A stretch of 42,230 bases of DNA from a virus (taxonomy: Duplodnaviria > Caudoviricetes). The stretch covers positions 1 through 42,230 of IMG/VR virus record IMGVR_UViG_3300012940_001448. The stretch is one strand, 5' to 3'. The notes beneath the pieces are model-generated. The model did no database searches. It saw only the letters and a list, made by a program, of their open reading frames with translations, and was not told the origin of the DNA. Numbering within the stretch: the first letter of the stretch is position 1; every line of letters begins with the position of its first letter. The position numbers and the translations under genes are program-made. Below are positions 1-7,638 of the stretch, piece after piece.

Positions 1-300
1 ATGGCTCGAAAGCTGAAACCGCTGCATCCGGGTGAAGTTCTGCGGGAAGAGTTTCTGGCGCCGCTCGGCTTGTCGGCAGGCATGCTGGCCAAGGCCTGCG
101 GTCTGCCTCGCACCCGGATCGAGCGCATTGCATCCGAGGATACCGGCGTTAGCGCCGATACCGCCTTGCGGCTGGCCAAGACGCTGGGCACCTCTCCCCA
201 ATTCTGGTTGAACCTGCAGACCGACTATGAGGTGGAATTGGCCAAAAGCCAGATCGGCAATGAATTGTCGAAGATCGAACTTTTGAACACCGCGGGGTAA
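1..300 (+). CDS. higA: HigA-family antitoxin (Xre HTH), host gene
   Basis: HPGEVLREEFL start and ALRLAKTLGTSPQFWLNLQ, typical HigA/VapI motifs; lies outside the att repeat. Confidence 0.9.
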   Translation: MARKLKPLHPGEVLREEFLAPLGLSAGMLAKACGLPRTRIERIASEDTGVSADTALRLAKTLGTSPQFWLNLQTDYEVELAKSQIGNELSKIELLNTAG

Positions 301-341
301 TATGCTGACCGCCGTCCCGGCTGCCATTCCGCGCCGAACAG

Positions 342-392
342 AATGGTGGGCGCGACAGGGATTGAACCTGTGACCCCTCCCGTGTGAAGGGA
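342..392. repeat. att core, left copy (displaced 3' part of tRNA-Val)
   Basis: AATGGTGGGCGCGACAGGGATTGAACCTGTGACCCCTCCCGTGTGAAGGGA matches 41823-41873 at 50/51. Confidence 0.95.
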
Positions 393-428
393 TTACAATA
401 CATTGATTTCAAAAGACTTTCGCAAAAA

Positions 429-448
429 TCCGCAGATTTTCCACGAAT
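429..448. promoter_or_regulatory. Putative integrase arm-type sites, left
   Basis: TCCGCAGAT (429) and TCCACGAAT (440), 11-bp period, resembling TCCACGGAT x2 at 41715/41726. Confidence 0.55.
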
Positions 449-468
449 AGCGATTCTGGCGCCCGTCG

Positions 469-534
469 CCGCTTCGCTGGTGGATCACCAGTCGGATGTG
501 GCGGCGTCAATGGTGGCCAGCGCAGCGGGTTGTC
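469..534. repeat. Junction palindrome element, copy 1
   Basis: CCGCTTCGCTGG..GATCACCAGT..AATGGTGGCCAGCGCAGCGGGTTGTC forms an imperfect hairpin; related to copies at 37.1-38.2 kb. Confidence 0.7.
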
Positions 535-568
535 CCCAGCCCTCCCCTGAGCAGATCGGGCGTCAGCG

Positions 569-1333
569 ATGACCAGCACCGGCGCTCTCAACGGTCCACC
601 TCGGACGGTCTGCTGGTTCTCTTGCGGCGCCGCATCGGCCGTCGCGACCAAACTGACCCTTTCCGACCGCCCCGACGCCACGATCGCTTATTGCGAGACC
701 GGCTCGGAGCACCCGGACAACGAGCGCTTCCTTTCGGATTGCGCCCGCTGGTTCGCCGCTCCCATCGAGCGCATCCGCAACGAGAAGTACGAGGACACCT
801 GGCACGTCTGGACCAAGGAGCGGTATCTATCCGGAATAGCCGGCGCCAAATGCACGAAAGTCTTGAAGGTCCAACCGCGGCTCGCCTTCCAGCGGCCGAC
901 CGATATCCACATCTTTGGCTACACGGACGACGGCAACGACCGGAAGCGCGCCGAAGCGTTGCGCGCCAACTATCCGGAATTGCGGATTGAGACGCCCCTT
1001 ATCGATCGGAAGCTGGACAAAGAGGCTTGCCTAGCCTTGATCGGCAAGGCTGGCATCGACCTGCCGCCGATGTACGCGCTGGGATTCCAGAACAACAACT
1101 GCATACCGTGCGTGAAGGCGCAGAGCCCGGCCTATTGGGCGCTCGTGCGCCAGCAGTTTCCGGAACAGTTCGAGCGGATGGCCAAGCTCTCGCGCGAACT
1201 GAACGTGCGGCTTTGCAAGATCAAAGGCGAGCGCCGGTTCATCGACGAGATCCCACTGAGCCAGATCACGACCGACCCGATCCAACCATCCTGCGACTTC
1301 CTCTGTCACTTGGCCGAAATGGAGATGGCATGA
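569..1333 (+). CDS. PAPS-reductase-like / PP-loop adenine nucleotide alpha-hydrolase family protein
   Basis: WFSCGAASAVA PP-loop-like start, AKCT, NNCIPCVK and terminal SCDFLC cysteine motifs. Confidence 0.75.
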   Translation: MTSTGALNGPPRTVCWFSCGAASAVATKLTLSDRPDATIAYCETGSEHPDNERFLSDCARWFAAPIERIRNEKYEDTWHVWTKERYLSGIAGAKCTKVLKVQPRLAFQRPTDIHIFGYTDDGNDRKRAEALRANYPELRIETPLIDRKLDKEACLALIGKAGIDLPPMYALGFQNNNCIPCVKAQSPAYWALVRQQFPEQFERMAKLSRELNVRLCKIKGERRFIDEIPLSQITTDPIQPSCDFLCHLAEMEMA

Positions 1334-1485
1334 TCCCCGATTCACGAGAACGCGGAGAATGGCGGCCCACCCCGTCACTCCTTTTCTGGAAGCCTGCTTG
1401 GCGGAGGCCAATCTATGCGCACGCGCAGCTTGGCGGTGGCATCGATGAGTGGGAATACGCAGACGCGCCGCGTGAGCATCGCTGA
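1330..1485 (+). CDS. Small hypothetical protein (51 aa)
   Basis: ATGA overlap with the upstream stop; GGAG just upstream. Confidence 0.45.
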   Translation: MIPDSRERGEWRPTPSLLFWKPAWRRPIYAHAQLGGGIDEWEYADAPREHR

Positions 1486-1517
1486 TTACGAGTTATCGCA
1501 CTAGGAGAGAAGCCGGA

Positions 1518-1643
1518 ATGACCAGCGAACAATTCTGGATACGCGCGATCCTGATCATGGCCGTGCTCAGTATCCCAGCCTTCATCATCGCCGCCAATTT
1601 TGCATTTGTAGCGGTGCTCATCGAATTCGCAAAGAGGCCCTGA
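1518..1643 (+). CDS. Small single-TM membrane peptide (41 aa)
   Basis: AGGAG RBS; MTSEQFWIRAILIMAVLSIPAFIIAANFAFVAVLIEFAKRP; below the ORF-track cutoff. Confidence 0.6.
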   Translation: MTSEQFWIRAILIMAVLSIPAFIIAANFAFVAVLIEFAKRP

Positions 1644-1652
1644 GGAGCAGTC

Positions 1653-2012
1653 ATGCCTGTAACAACATATCTATCCGATCAGGACGTTCGCTCTTGGCAG
1701 TTGGTGCCGGAAGACAAGGATTGTGACGAGTTGTTGCAGGATCTGCGCCGACAGACCGGCAAAAACTGGCTGATCAGCGTCCATAACCATCCGAAGTGGA
1801 AGCTGGCATGGCATCGCCTTTGGCCGGTCAAGACCGAAGAGATTTTCAAGGCTTACACGCTCTATGCCGATTGCCATGGCGAATGGCAGATCATCAATTT
1901 AGTGACGCCTTCAGGCGGATCGGTGTTCGGGGCATCGTGTCGCGAAGACGTGATGAACTTCATGTTGGGCTATCTCGCCGGCATCCACCACGTGCGCAAG
2001 CAAGCGCAATGA
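1653..2012 (+). CDS. Hypothetical phage protein
   Basis: GAGGAG RBS, 119-aa ORF within the operon. Confidence 0.7.
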   Translation: MPVTTYLSDQDVRSWQLVPEDKDCDELLQDLRRQTGKNWLISVHNHPKWKLAWHRLWPVKTEEIFKAYTLYADCHGEWQIINLVTPSGGSVFGASCREDVMNFMLGYLAGIHHVRKQAQ

Positions 2013-2040
2013 CTGACACTTTCAGTAACGAGAGGTCAAC

Positions 2041-2274
2041 ATGGCACAGAAAAACAACATTTCCGGCTATTCTCTTTTCGAGATTTGCAAGGACGATGAG
2101 CACTTTCAACTCAAAGCCGGCGACATCGTTCTTGGCTGCACGTACCAATACGACCCAGGCAAGACCAGCGTCGCGTTTCGAATATCCGATGGCTTTAAGC
2201 CCGGCTGCAACCAATACAATAACAACGTGCGAAGATTGTCGACCTTAGAGGCCGAACGGGCTCTTTGGCGCTGA
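2041..2274 (+). CDS. Hypothetical phage protein
   Basis: GAGG RBS, 77 aa. Confidence 0.65.
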   Translation: MAQKNNISGYSLFEICKDDEHFQLKAGDIVLGCTYQYDPGKTSVAFRISDGFKPGCNQYNNNVRRLSTLEAERALWR

Positions 2275-2293
2275 CCAGCGGAAAGCGAAGCAC

Positions 2294-2506
2294 ATGAATT
2301 GCGAGAAGTGCAGGAACTCAGACTATGTGCAGGCGCCGGCCACCAATTCGTGGTGCGTCTATTTCGAGAAGACGGGGCGTTCTCACTACAACGTGCTCGT
2401 GCCGTGCCCGGCCTGCGGCGGCGTGAGCGGCAGAGCGAATCGAGAGAGAATGCTGAAGCGGCTGGCCGAGCGCAAAGCCGCTGGCGACATCCCTCTAGCG
2501 CGCTGA
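2294..2506 (+). CDS. Small zinc-finger-like protein
   Basis: CEKC and CPACGG pairs. Confidence 0.6.
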   Translation: MNCEKCRNSDYVQAPATNSWCVYFEKTGRSHYNVLVPCPACGGVSGRANRERMLKRLAERKAAGDIPLAR

Positions 2507-2543
2507 ATTTCAGTCACCGAACCACAGACGCAGGAGATGCGAG

Positions 2544-2948
2544 ATGGGCGACGGCAAGTTTCATTGGTACTACGGCATCGGCAAAGAGCCGGAGACTTAC
2601 CACGGCAAATGCAGCAGCCTCGGTGAAGCTGTCGCGCAAGCGCTGTCGGAAGACGGCAAAGAACACGGCTTCACCGTCGTGGAAGCCGACCGCTCTGTCG
2701 CCAGTGATAATATTTTCGACGCAGACAGCGTATTGGAACAGTACGAGGAGCACAACGAACTGTGCTGGGGCGAGGATGGCCCGGAGATCGAAGCGACGAG
2801 CCAGCAGCGCGCCGACCTTGAGCAGATGCTCGCAGCAGCTCTCTCTGCTTGGTTTGAGAAACACGGCAATCGTCCGACGCCATGGGCATTTGGCACGATG
2901 CGGAACCAAAAATATTACCCGCCGCATTCCGCCGTTTCTGCCGCCTAG
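2544..2948 (+). CDS. Acidic hypothetical phage protein
   Basis: AGGAG RBS, 134 aa, D/E rich. Confidence 0.75.
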   Translation: MGDGKFHWYYGIGKEPETYHGKCSSLGEAVAQALSEDGKEHGFTVVEADRSVASDNIFDADSVLEQYEEHNELCWGEDGPEIEATSQQRADLEQMLAAALSAWFEKHGNRPTPWAFGTMRNQKYYPPHSAVSAA

Positions 2949-2969
2949 TCCACATACGTGTCGTCACCG

Positions 2970-3302
2970 ATGGAGCCGACGATGGCCAGCGGAATCATAG
3001 AGACCCCGGAAGACGATGTTTTCCTTAATGAGGATGACTTCGACGAGGAGGATTACTGCGACCACGACGACTATGACGCTGACATTCTGACCGGTCGTGC
3101 CATGTGCCATCGCTGTGGCCACGCCTGGTGGCAGACCTCGGAGGAAATTGAGCGAGAAGCCAAGCACCAAGCCGCTTATCAGGAATGGGTTGCCGAGCAG
3201 GAGCGGCCGTGGAACCGCTTCAAGGAATGGCTAAGCAGATTCCGGCCACGCTTCCGCAGGCGCTCCAGCGCTACTATTCAAGACGACGAAATCCCGTTCT
3301 GA
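2970..3302 (+). CDS. Acidic Zn-ribbon-like protein with SSB-like C-terminal tail
   Basis: Acidic N-terminus, CDH..CHRCGH, ends IQDDEIPF; start uncertain (2958/2970/2982). Confidence 0.7.
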   Translation: MEPTMASGIIETPEDDVFLNEDDFDEEDYCDHDDYDADILTGRAMCHRCGHAWWQTSEEIEREAKHQAAYQEWVAEQERPWNRFKEWLSRFRPRFRRRSSATIQDDEIPF

Positions 3303-3320
3303 CATTCAGTTACAGGCCGT

Positions 3321-3758
3321 ATGCACATGATTGATTATCAGCAATTGGCGGATCGGATTGAACGCGGCGAGATCAAGGCGCTATCGATCAAGCAGCCTTA
3401 CCCGCATCATATCTTCCACGACGGCAAGGATGTCGAGAACCGAGATTGGCCGACACGCGGCCGGGGCTGGTTCATCGTTCATGCCGGGGTCAGCAAATCG
3501 GAGCTGGATATGGATGACGAGCGGGATGCCAGTTTGCCGCGAGGCGGCGTTGTCGGCATGGCCCGCATCGTCGACTGCGTCGACAAGATGGAAAGCCGCT
3601 GGTTTTTCGGCAAGTTCGGCTTTGTCCTATCGGACGCCTTTGCCATCCCGCTGGTGCCGGTTAAAGGCGCCCTTGGCTTTTTTGCGCTGCCACCAGACGT
3701 CAACCGGCAAGTTGCGGACGCCGTGCGCGCAGTCATCACATCAGGGGACCTGAAATGA
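3321..3758 (+). CDS. ASCH domain protein
   Basis: KALSIKQPY...GKDVENRDW...IVHAG...GGVVG...PVKGALGFF signature. Confidence 0.9.
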   Translation: MHMIDYQQLADRIERGEIKALSIKQPYPHHIFHDGKDVENRDWPTRGRGWFIVHAGVSKSELDMDDERDASLPRGGVVGMARIVDCVDKMESRWFFGKFGFVLSDAFAIPLVPVKGALGFFALPPDVNRQVADAVRAVITSGDLK

Positions 3759-4033
3759 CCAGCGAAGACAAATTCGACGCGTGGATAAGAGAGTTCGAGG
3801 AAGACGTCATTCAGGGCGAATACGGATATGAGCCTGGCGAGTTCACCGTTTATCCTGACCACTGGCGCCCGATGTTTAACGCGGGGCTGACGCCGCAGGC
3901 TGCGTTTAAAAAGGCGCTTGATGCCTATGGCGAAAAGCGGCGCGAAGAAGATCGGGAGCGCCAAGCTAATTGGGAGCGTATCCAGCGCGAAGATGCAGAA
4001 GCGATCGCGCGACACCAGTCCGCAGATACCTGA
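3755..4033 (+). CDS. Hypothetical phage protein
   Basis: ATGA coupling, 92 aa. Confidence 0.7.
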   Translation: MTSEDKFDAWIREFEEDVIQGEYGYEPGEFTVYPDHWRPMFNAGLTPQAAFKKALDAYGEKRREEDRERQANWERIQREDAEAIARHQSADT

Positions 4034-4035
4034 TT

Positions 4036-4305
4036 ATGGAGCGACAGATGGATGAATTGTTGCACAAGCTACGGAACCCAGACTGGCTCGGTGACTTCGA
4101 AAGCGTTTCGCCAGAGGTAGCGGAGCAGGCCGCCGATGAGATCGAGCGGCTGCGGGCGGCGCTGAAGCCGTTTGCGTATTATTACGACCTAAACGATTGC
4201 CAAGATCGCCGGCCGAACGACACGCTCGAAGTTCCGATTTATGATCTTAGTGAAGCGAAGAAGGCGCTCGGTGATGAGCAGACAGCGCCACAGAAGGAGG
4301 CTTAG
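4036..4305 (+). CDS. Hypothetical phage protein (coiled coil)
   Basis: EQAADEIERLRAALKPFA motif common in small phage proteins. Confidence 0.7.
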   Translation: MERQMDELLHKLRNPDWLGDFESVSPEVAEQAADEIERLRAALKPFAYYYDLNDCQDRRPNDTLEVPIYDLSEAKKALGDEQTAPQKEA

Positions 4306-4515
4306 ATGGCCGAGCCGCTATTTGTTTCTTTCTTCGGCAACAAGAATGGCGCCCAAGCCCGCGGCTGGGTGGTTCTGGAATGCGATGACAAAATCTCGAC
4401 AGGCGCGCGTGTCGAGGATCTTTGCCGGCAAATCGAGATTGCTCGGGGCTACGACACCGGCACTTTAGTGATCGGAAACTTTCGGCGCCTCGAAACAGAC
4501 AGTTCGGATCAGTGA
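4306..4515 (+). CDS. Hypothetical phage protein
   Basis: AAGGAGG RBS, 69 aa. Confidence 0.65.
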   Translation: MAEPLFVSFFGNKNGAQARGWVVLECDDKISTGARVEDLCRQIEIARGYDTGTLVIGNFRRLETDSSDQ

Positions 4516-4529
4516 TAAGCGAACAGCGC

Positions 4530-4781
4530 ATGACATGCCCCAAGGGAAAGTTTCAGTTCGAAACAATAGAAGCCGCAGAGACTGCGCGCCGGAAGCTATC
4601 GCAGCGGTCCTATCGGGATGGTCGAAAGCTCCTTCATGAAACTGGACAAAAGCCTCAGCGAGTAAAGACGAGGACTTACATCTGCCCGGAATGTGGCAAG
4701 TGGCATGTCGGACGGGGCGCTAAGGGTAATGACGCTAGCTGGCAGAAACGCAAAGTTTTTGTAATCGATACTCCCAACTAA
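4530..4781 (+). CDS. Small Cys/His zinc-binding phage protein
   Basis: MTCPKGK...RTYICPECGKWHV. Confidence 0.7.
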   Translation: MTCPKGKFQFETIEAAETARRKLSQRSYRDGRKLLHETGQKPQRVKTRTYICPECGKWHVGRGAKGNDASWQKRKVFVIDTPN

Positions 4782-4807
4782 TGCAGCGATAGAACAGCGA
4801 GAAATAA

Positions 4808-5092
4808 ATGGCTTACGATCAGCAGTTAGCGGACGCTTACAGGGTCATTGATGACATTGCCGAGGCGTTGGGCTGTGCAGCTGATAACGAGGTCATCTTG
4901 GCACAGATCGACCGCTTTAAATTCTGCACGAAGGAACTCGCAGACGATCTAGAGGCTGAGATCCGGGCAACTTACGGATGCCACGATGGCGACCCTCGCC
5001 AAGAATGGAAGCGAAAGTTTGAGCGAGATATGGCGCCTGTGCAGCGAGCGAGAGCCTTGCTCGCTGATGGGCAAACATCGCAGGACAAATAA
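4808..5092 (+). CDS. Hypothetical phage protein
   Basis: 94-aa ORF within the operon. Confidence 0.65.
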   Translation: MAYDQQLADAYRVIDDIAEALGCAADNEVILAQIDRFKFCTKELADDLEAEIRATYGCHDGDPRQEWKRKFERDMAPVQRARALLADGQTSQDK

Positions 5093-5096
5093 CTAT

Positions 5097-5174
5097 GGGG
5101 CCGCGTGAACCCGCGAAGGCGGATGTAGGTCTGGCACTTGCTAGTCAGGGTATAGATCCCTCGCGGCCCCGCCA
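5097..5174 (+). ncRNA. Candidate tRNA-like cloverleaf RNA (non-canonical)
   Basis: 9-bp terminal stem GGGGCCGCG/CGCGGCCCC followed by GCCA, with three internal hairpins; intergenic. Confidence 0.5.
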
Positions 5175-5192
5175 GCAATCAGGGAGGAAGGA

Positions 5193-5450
5193 ATGAGCGG
5201 GTCAATGTACCACGTTTCTCTGGAAGATTATGCCCGAGATATGGCGGATAACTCATCGCGGGCGGCCGAAATTATCGCCACGCTTAAGGCGGAGAAACTT
5301 GCGCTTTCGAAGATGCTTGCGCACGTCGTCCTAGCTGCCGGAGGCAAGGTCAAAGTCTCCGCCGAACAGCTGGCTGATCTTTCGCTCGTTAAGGTTACAG
5401 TCTGGGTTGACCCGGCTGATGACAGCCGGACTTTAGAAGCGTCCCGATGA
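5193..5450 (+). CDS. Hypothetical phage protein
   Basis: GGAGG RBS, 85 aa. Confidence 0.7.
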   Translation: MSGSMYHVSLEDYARDMADNSSRAAEIIATLKAEKLALSKMLAHVVLAAGGKVKVSAEQLADLSLVKVTVWVDPADDSRTLEASR

Positions 5451-5523
5451 CTGACACATTCAGTGACACGAGAACTGCGCCGCCTTGACGTCCGCGCCGG
5501 CGCGGCGAACACGCGCTCGAAAC

Positions 5524-5553
5524 AAAAAAGGCCCGCCACTTTCATGGCGGGCC
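5524..5553 (-). terminator. Rho-independent terminator for the omp gene
   Basis: GGCCCGCCA/TGGCGGGCC stem followed by T6 on the minus strand. Confidence 0.75.
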
Positions 5554-5609
5554 AACGTGGGACGATGAGTCGTCTTTTCTTGTCCGAACGCCTCGCTCAG
5601 CTGCGCTGA

Positions 5610-6416
5610 TTAGAAGCGGTAGTTCAAGCCGGCGCGGACCGTGTGAAGATCGATGCTGGCATCAGATCTCACTGAACCTGCTCCGCCGAAGTTGAAGGCG
5701 TAGTTGTCACCATCGAAGCTGAAGTACAGGTACTCCGCCTTTACCGACCACGAGCCCGCCAAGGCCCATTCAATACCAGCGCCAACGGTGTAGCCCGAAA
5801 GTGTCTTGGATGAATCCTGGACGAATGCTGGCGCAAGCGGCGCGGCGAAAGTGCCAGGCTGCACTGTCAAGGTGGTGCTGCTTTTCCCGTAGGCATAACC
5901 GCCAGTTACATAGGGGAGCACGCTGCCGAAGCTGTAGCCGAGGCGGCCACGAACAGTACCGAACGATTTGATCTTGGAGTCCGTCTCATAGCCGGGGCCG
6001 GCAGCAGAAGCGAGGAAGCTGTCCGAGCCTTTGATCGACGCGAACTGATAATCGGCTTCGATACCCCAAACCACGGCTCCGGTCTGGTAGTTGTAGCCCA
6101 CCTGAAAGCCGCCAAAGCCACCGTCTAGATCGAAGCTTCGGTCTGCACCGGTAAAGGTCGGGCCAGGAGCGGCGCCAAGGAAGCCGGGCGGGAGGCCGAA
6201 CAGCGGGCCAGTGGTCGTCGTCGAGTTGCCTGAGGTGTCGGCGCTACCCCAAGCGTAACCGCCGTTGCCGCCGATGTAGAAGCCAGTCCAGGTCTGAACC
6301 GGCATGGGCGCCATAACCGGCGCTTTGTTGTATTGGCGCGCTGGCAGGTCAGCTGCAGATGCGACCGTGGTGAGAGCCGCGATACTTGCGCCTGCGATGA
6401 AAAGCTTCTGGTACAC
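5610..6416 (-). CDS. Omp25/RopB-family outer-membrane beta-barrel (lysogenic-conversion moron)
   Basis: Signal peptide ending ASAADLP, WTGFYIGGNGGY, GTVRGRLGY, terminal RAGLNYRF; GTG start at 6416 behind a G-rich RBS. Confidence 0.9.
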   Translation of the reverse strand: MYQKLFIAGASIAALTTVASAADLPARQYNKAPVMAPMPVQTWTGFYIGGNGGYAWGSADTSGNSTTTTGPLFGLPPGFLGAAPGPTFTGADRSFDLDGGFGGFQVGYNYQTGAVVWGIEADYQFASIKGSDSFLASAAGPGYETDSKIKSFGTVRGRLGYSFGSVLPYVTGGYAYGKSSTTLTVQPGTFAAPLAPAFVQDSSKTLSGYTVGAGIEWALAGSWSVKAEYLYFSFDGDNYAFNFGGAGSVRSDASIDLHTVRAGLNYRF

Positions 6417-6576
6417 TTTGTCCCCCCGGTAAGGTTGTGCCTCAATACAGCAACTTGGGGCTTCAAAAGTCAACCTGCGGGTGACACTCTTTCCGGACGT
6501 GTGGCATAAAGACAACTCTCGATCGATTGACTTCAAGTGTGTTTCAGGAGCTGCGCAATGCGAATCGGGAGTGGAG

Positions 6577-6924
6577 CTAATTTCGCTTCGTGCCGCTGCG
6601 GTTGAGGAGCTCGGCTGCCAGTCGCTCCTTCACCTCCCGCTCCACCCTCGCCTCGTGCGAATATTCCTGCAGATGCTTTTCGATGGCTTCCATGGCATCG
6701 GCAGCCCGACACGCATGGCCGCTTAAATCCTCAACCGCATCCGACAGTTTCCGGATCGGGTTCATGTCGACCATGCCCGCGCCGGTCAAGATGATGTCGT
6801 TGTTTTGAGCGGGCGCCGGCTTCTTCTTCTGATTGTAGCCGACAAACATGCCGATCCCGGCCAAGATCGCGAAGATGGCGTAAGCCAGATATTGAAACAC
6901 TGGCGGAAGATCAGACACCTGCAT
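6577..6924 (-). CDS. Single-TM membrane protein of the lysis region
   Basis: MQVSDLPPVFQYLAYAIFAILAGIGMFVG followed by a coiled coil; start inferred. Confidence 0.65.
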   Translation of the reverse strand: MQVSDLPPVFQYLAYAIFAILAGIGMFVGYNQKKKPAPAQNNDIILTGAGMVDMNPIRKLSDAVEDLSGHACRAADAMEAIEKHLQEYSHEARVEREVKERLAAELLNRSGTKRN

Positions 6925-7396
6925 TCTTTGAGGCCTCGTCAGCATCCCGCGCGTCGCCAGCAGCCCGATAGGCATTGTACATATCGAGCAGCAGCAGCAC
7001 CGGGTAAACGGCAAGACCGGTCGTCGGCACGTTCGCTTGTAGGATTCCAAAGGAGATGGTGAACCAGAACGCGCACGAGAAGAACGACATCAGAGAGCGG
7101 ACATGAGGCGAGAACCGGAATGACGGGAACGTGCCGTTCACGAACAGCGCCACGAACCTGATTCCTCCCATGAGGAAACAGGCCCAGCCCCAAACCGGCT
7201 CACTCGCCCATTTGGCCATTTCCACGAAGGCAGATGAGGTGCCAAAGACGCTTCCCGGAAGCATCAATGTCCAGCCCCAATTCAGGAGCACGAGCGACAA
7301 GGCCCATTCGCTGGCGCGCGCCGGGAAGTGATCTGTGATGCCTCTGGCAACCCTGACAACGATCATCAACCGGGGCTTCCGCTGCGGTTCATCCAC
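6911..7396 (-). CDS. Four-TM membrane protein (holin-like, lysis region)
   Basis: Four hydrophobic segments; position in the lysis cluster. Confidence 0.7.
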   Translation of the reverse strand: MDEPQRKPRLMIVVRVARGITDHFPARASEWALSLVLLNWGWTLMLPGSVFGTSSAFVEMAKWASEPVWGWACFLMGGIRFVALFVNGTFPSFRFSPHVRSLMSFFSCAFWFTISFGILQANVPTTGLAVYPVLLLLDMYNAYRAAGDARDADEASKNAGV

Positions 7397-7638
7397 GCAA
7401 GCTCTTCCTCGAGCGTCATGACCCGCTTCTTGGCGATCATCTGAGCGGCTGCCGCCTCGGCTTCCGGCTGCGTCTTTCCCTCAGCCATCAGGTTCTTGAT
7501 GACACGGGAGACCGCTTTGGTGGCCTCATCGATCTCCGGCGAGTTCGAGAGAATACGAGCGGTCGAAATGCCCAATATCTTCTCCGGCAGAAGCCAGAGA
7601 AGAATTGGATACATCCATTTGGGGATGCTGTTCAGCAT
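7366..7638 (-). CDS. Hypothetical protein, lysis region
   Basis: 90-aa ORF overlapping its neighbours. Confidence 0.55.
   Translation of the reverse strand: MLNSIPKWMYPILLWLLPEKILGISTARILSNSPEIDEATKAVSRVIKNLMAEGKTQPEAEAAAAQMIAKKRVMTLEEELAWMNRSGSPG

Noticed and set aside
342-392. Second tRNA gene
   Set aside because: Only the 3' part is present; it is the att duplication.
5097-5174. tmRNA or tRNA-Sec
   Set aside because: No tag reading frame, no UCA anticodon loop and no canonical T-loop; kept only as a tRNA-like candidate.
469-5473. CRISPR array or classical integron
   Set aside because: The repeats are degenerate and irregularly spaced with whole genes between them; there is no cas gene, no IntI-like gene and no clear RYYYAAC/GTTRRRY attC boundary.
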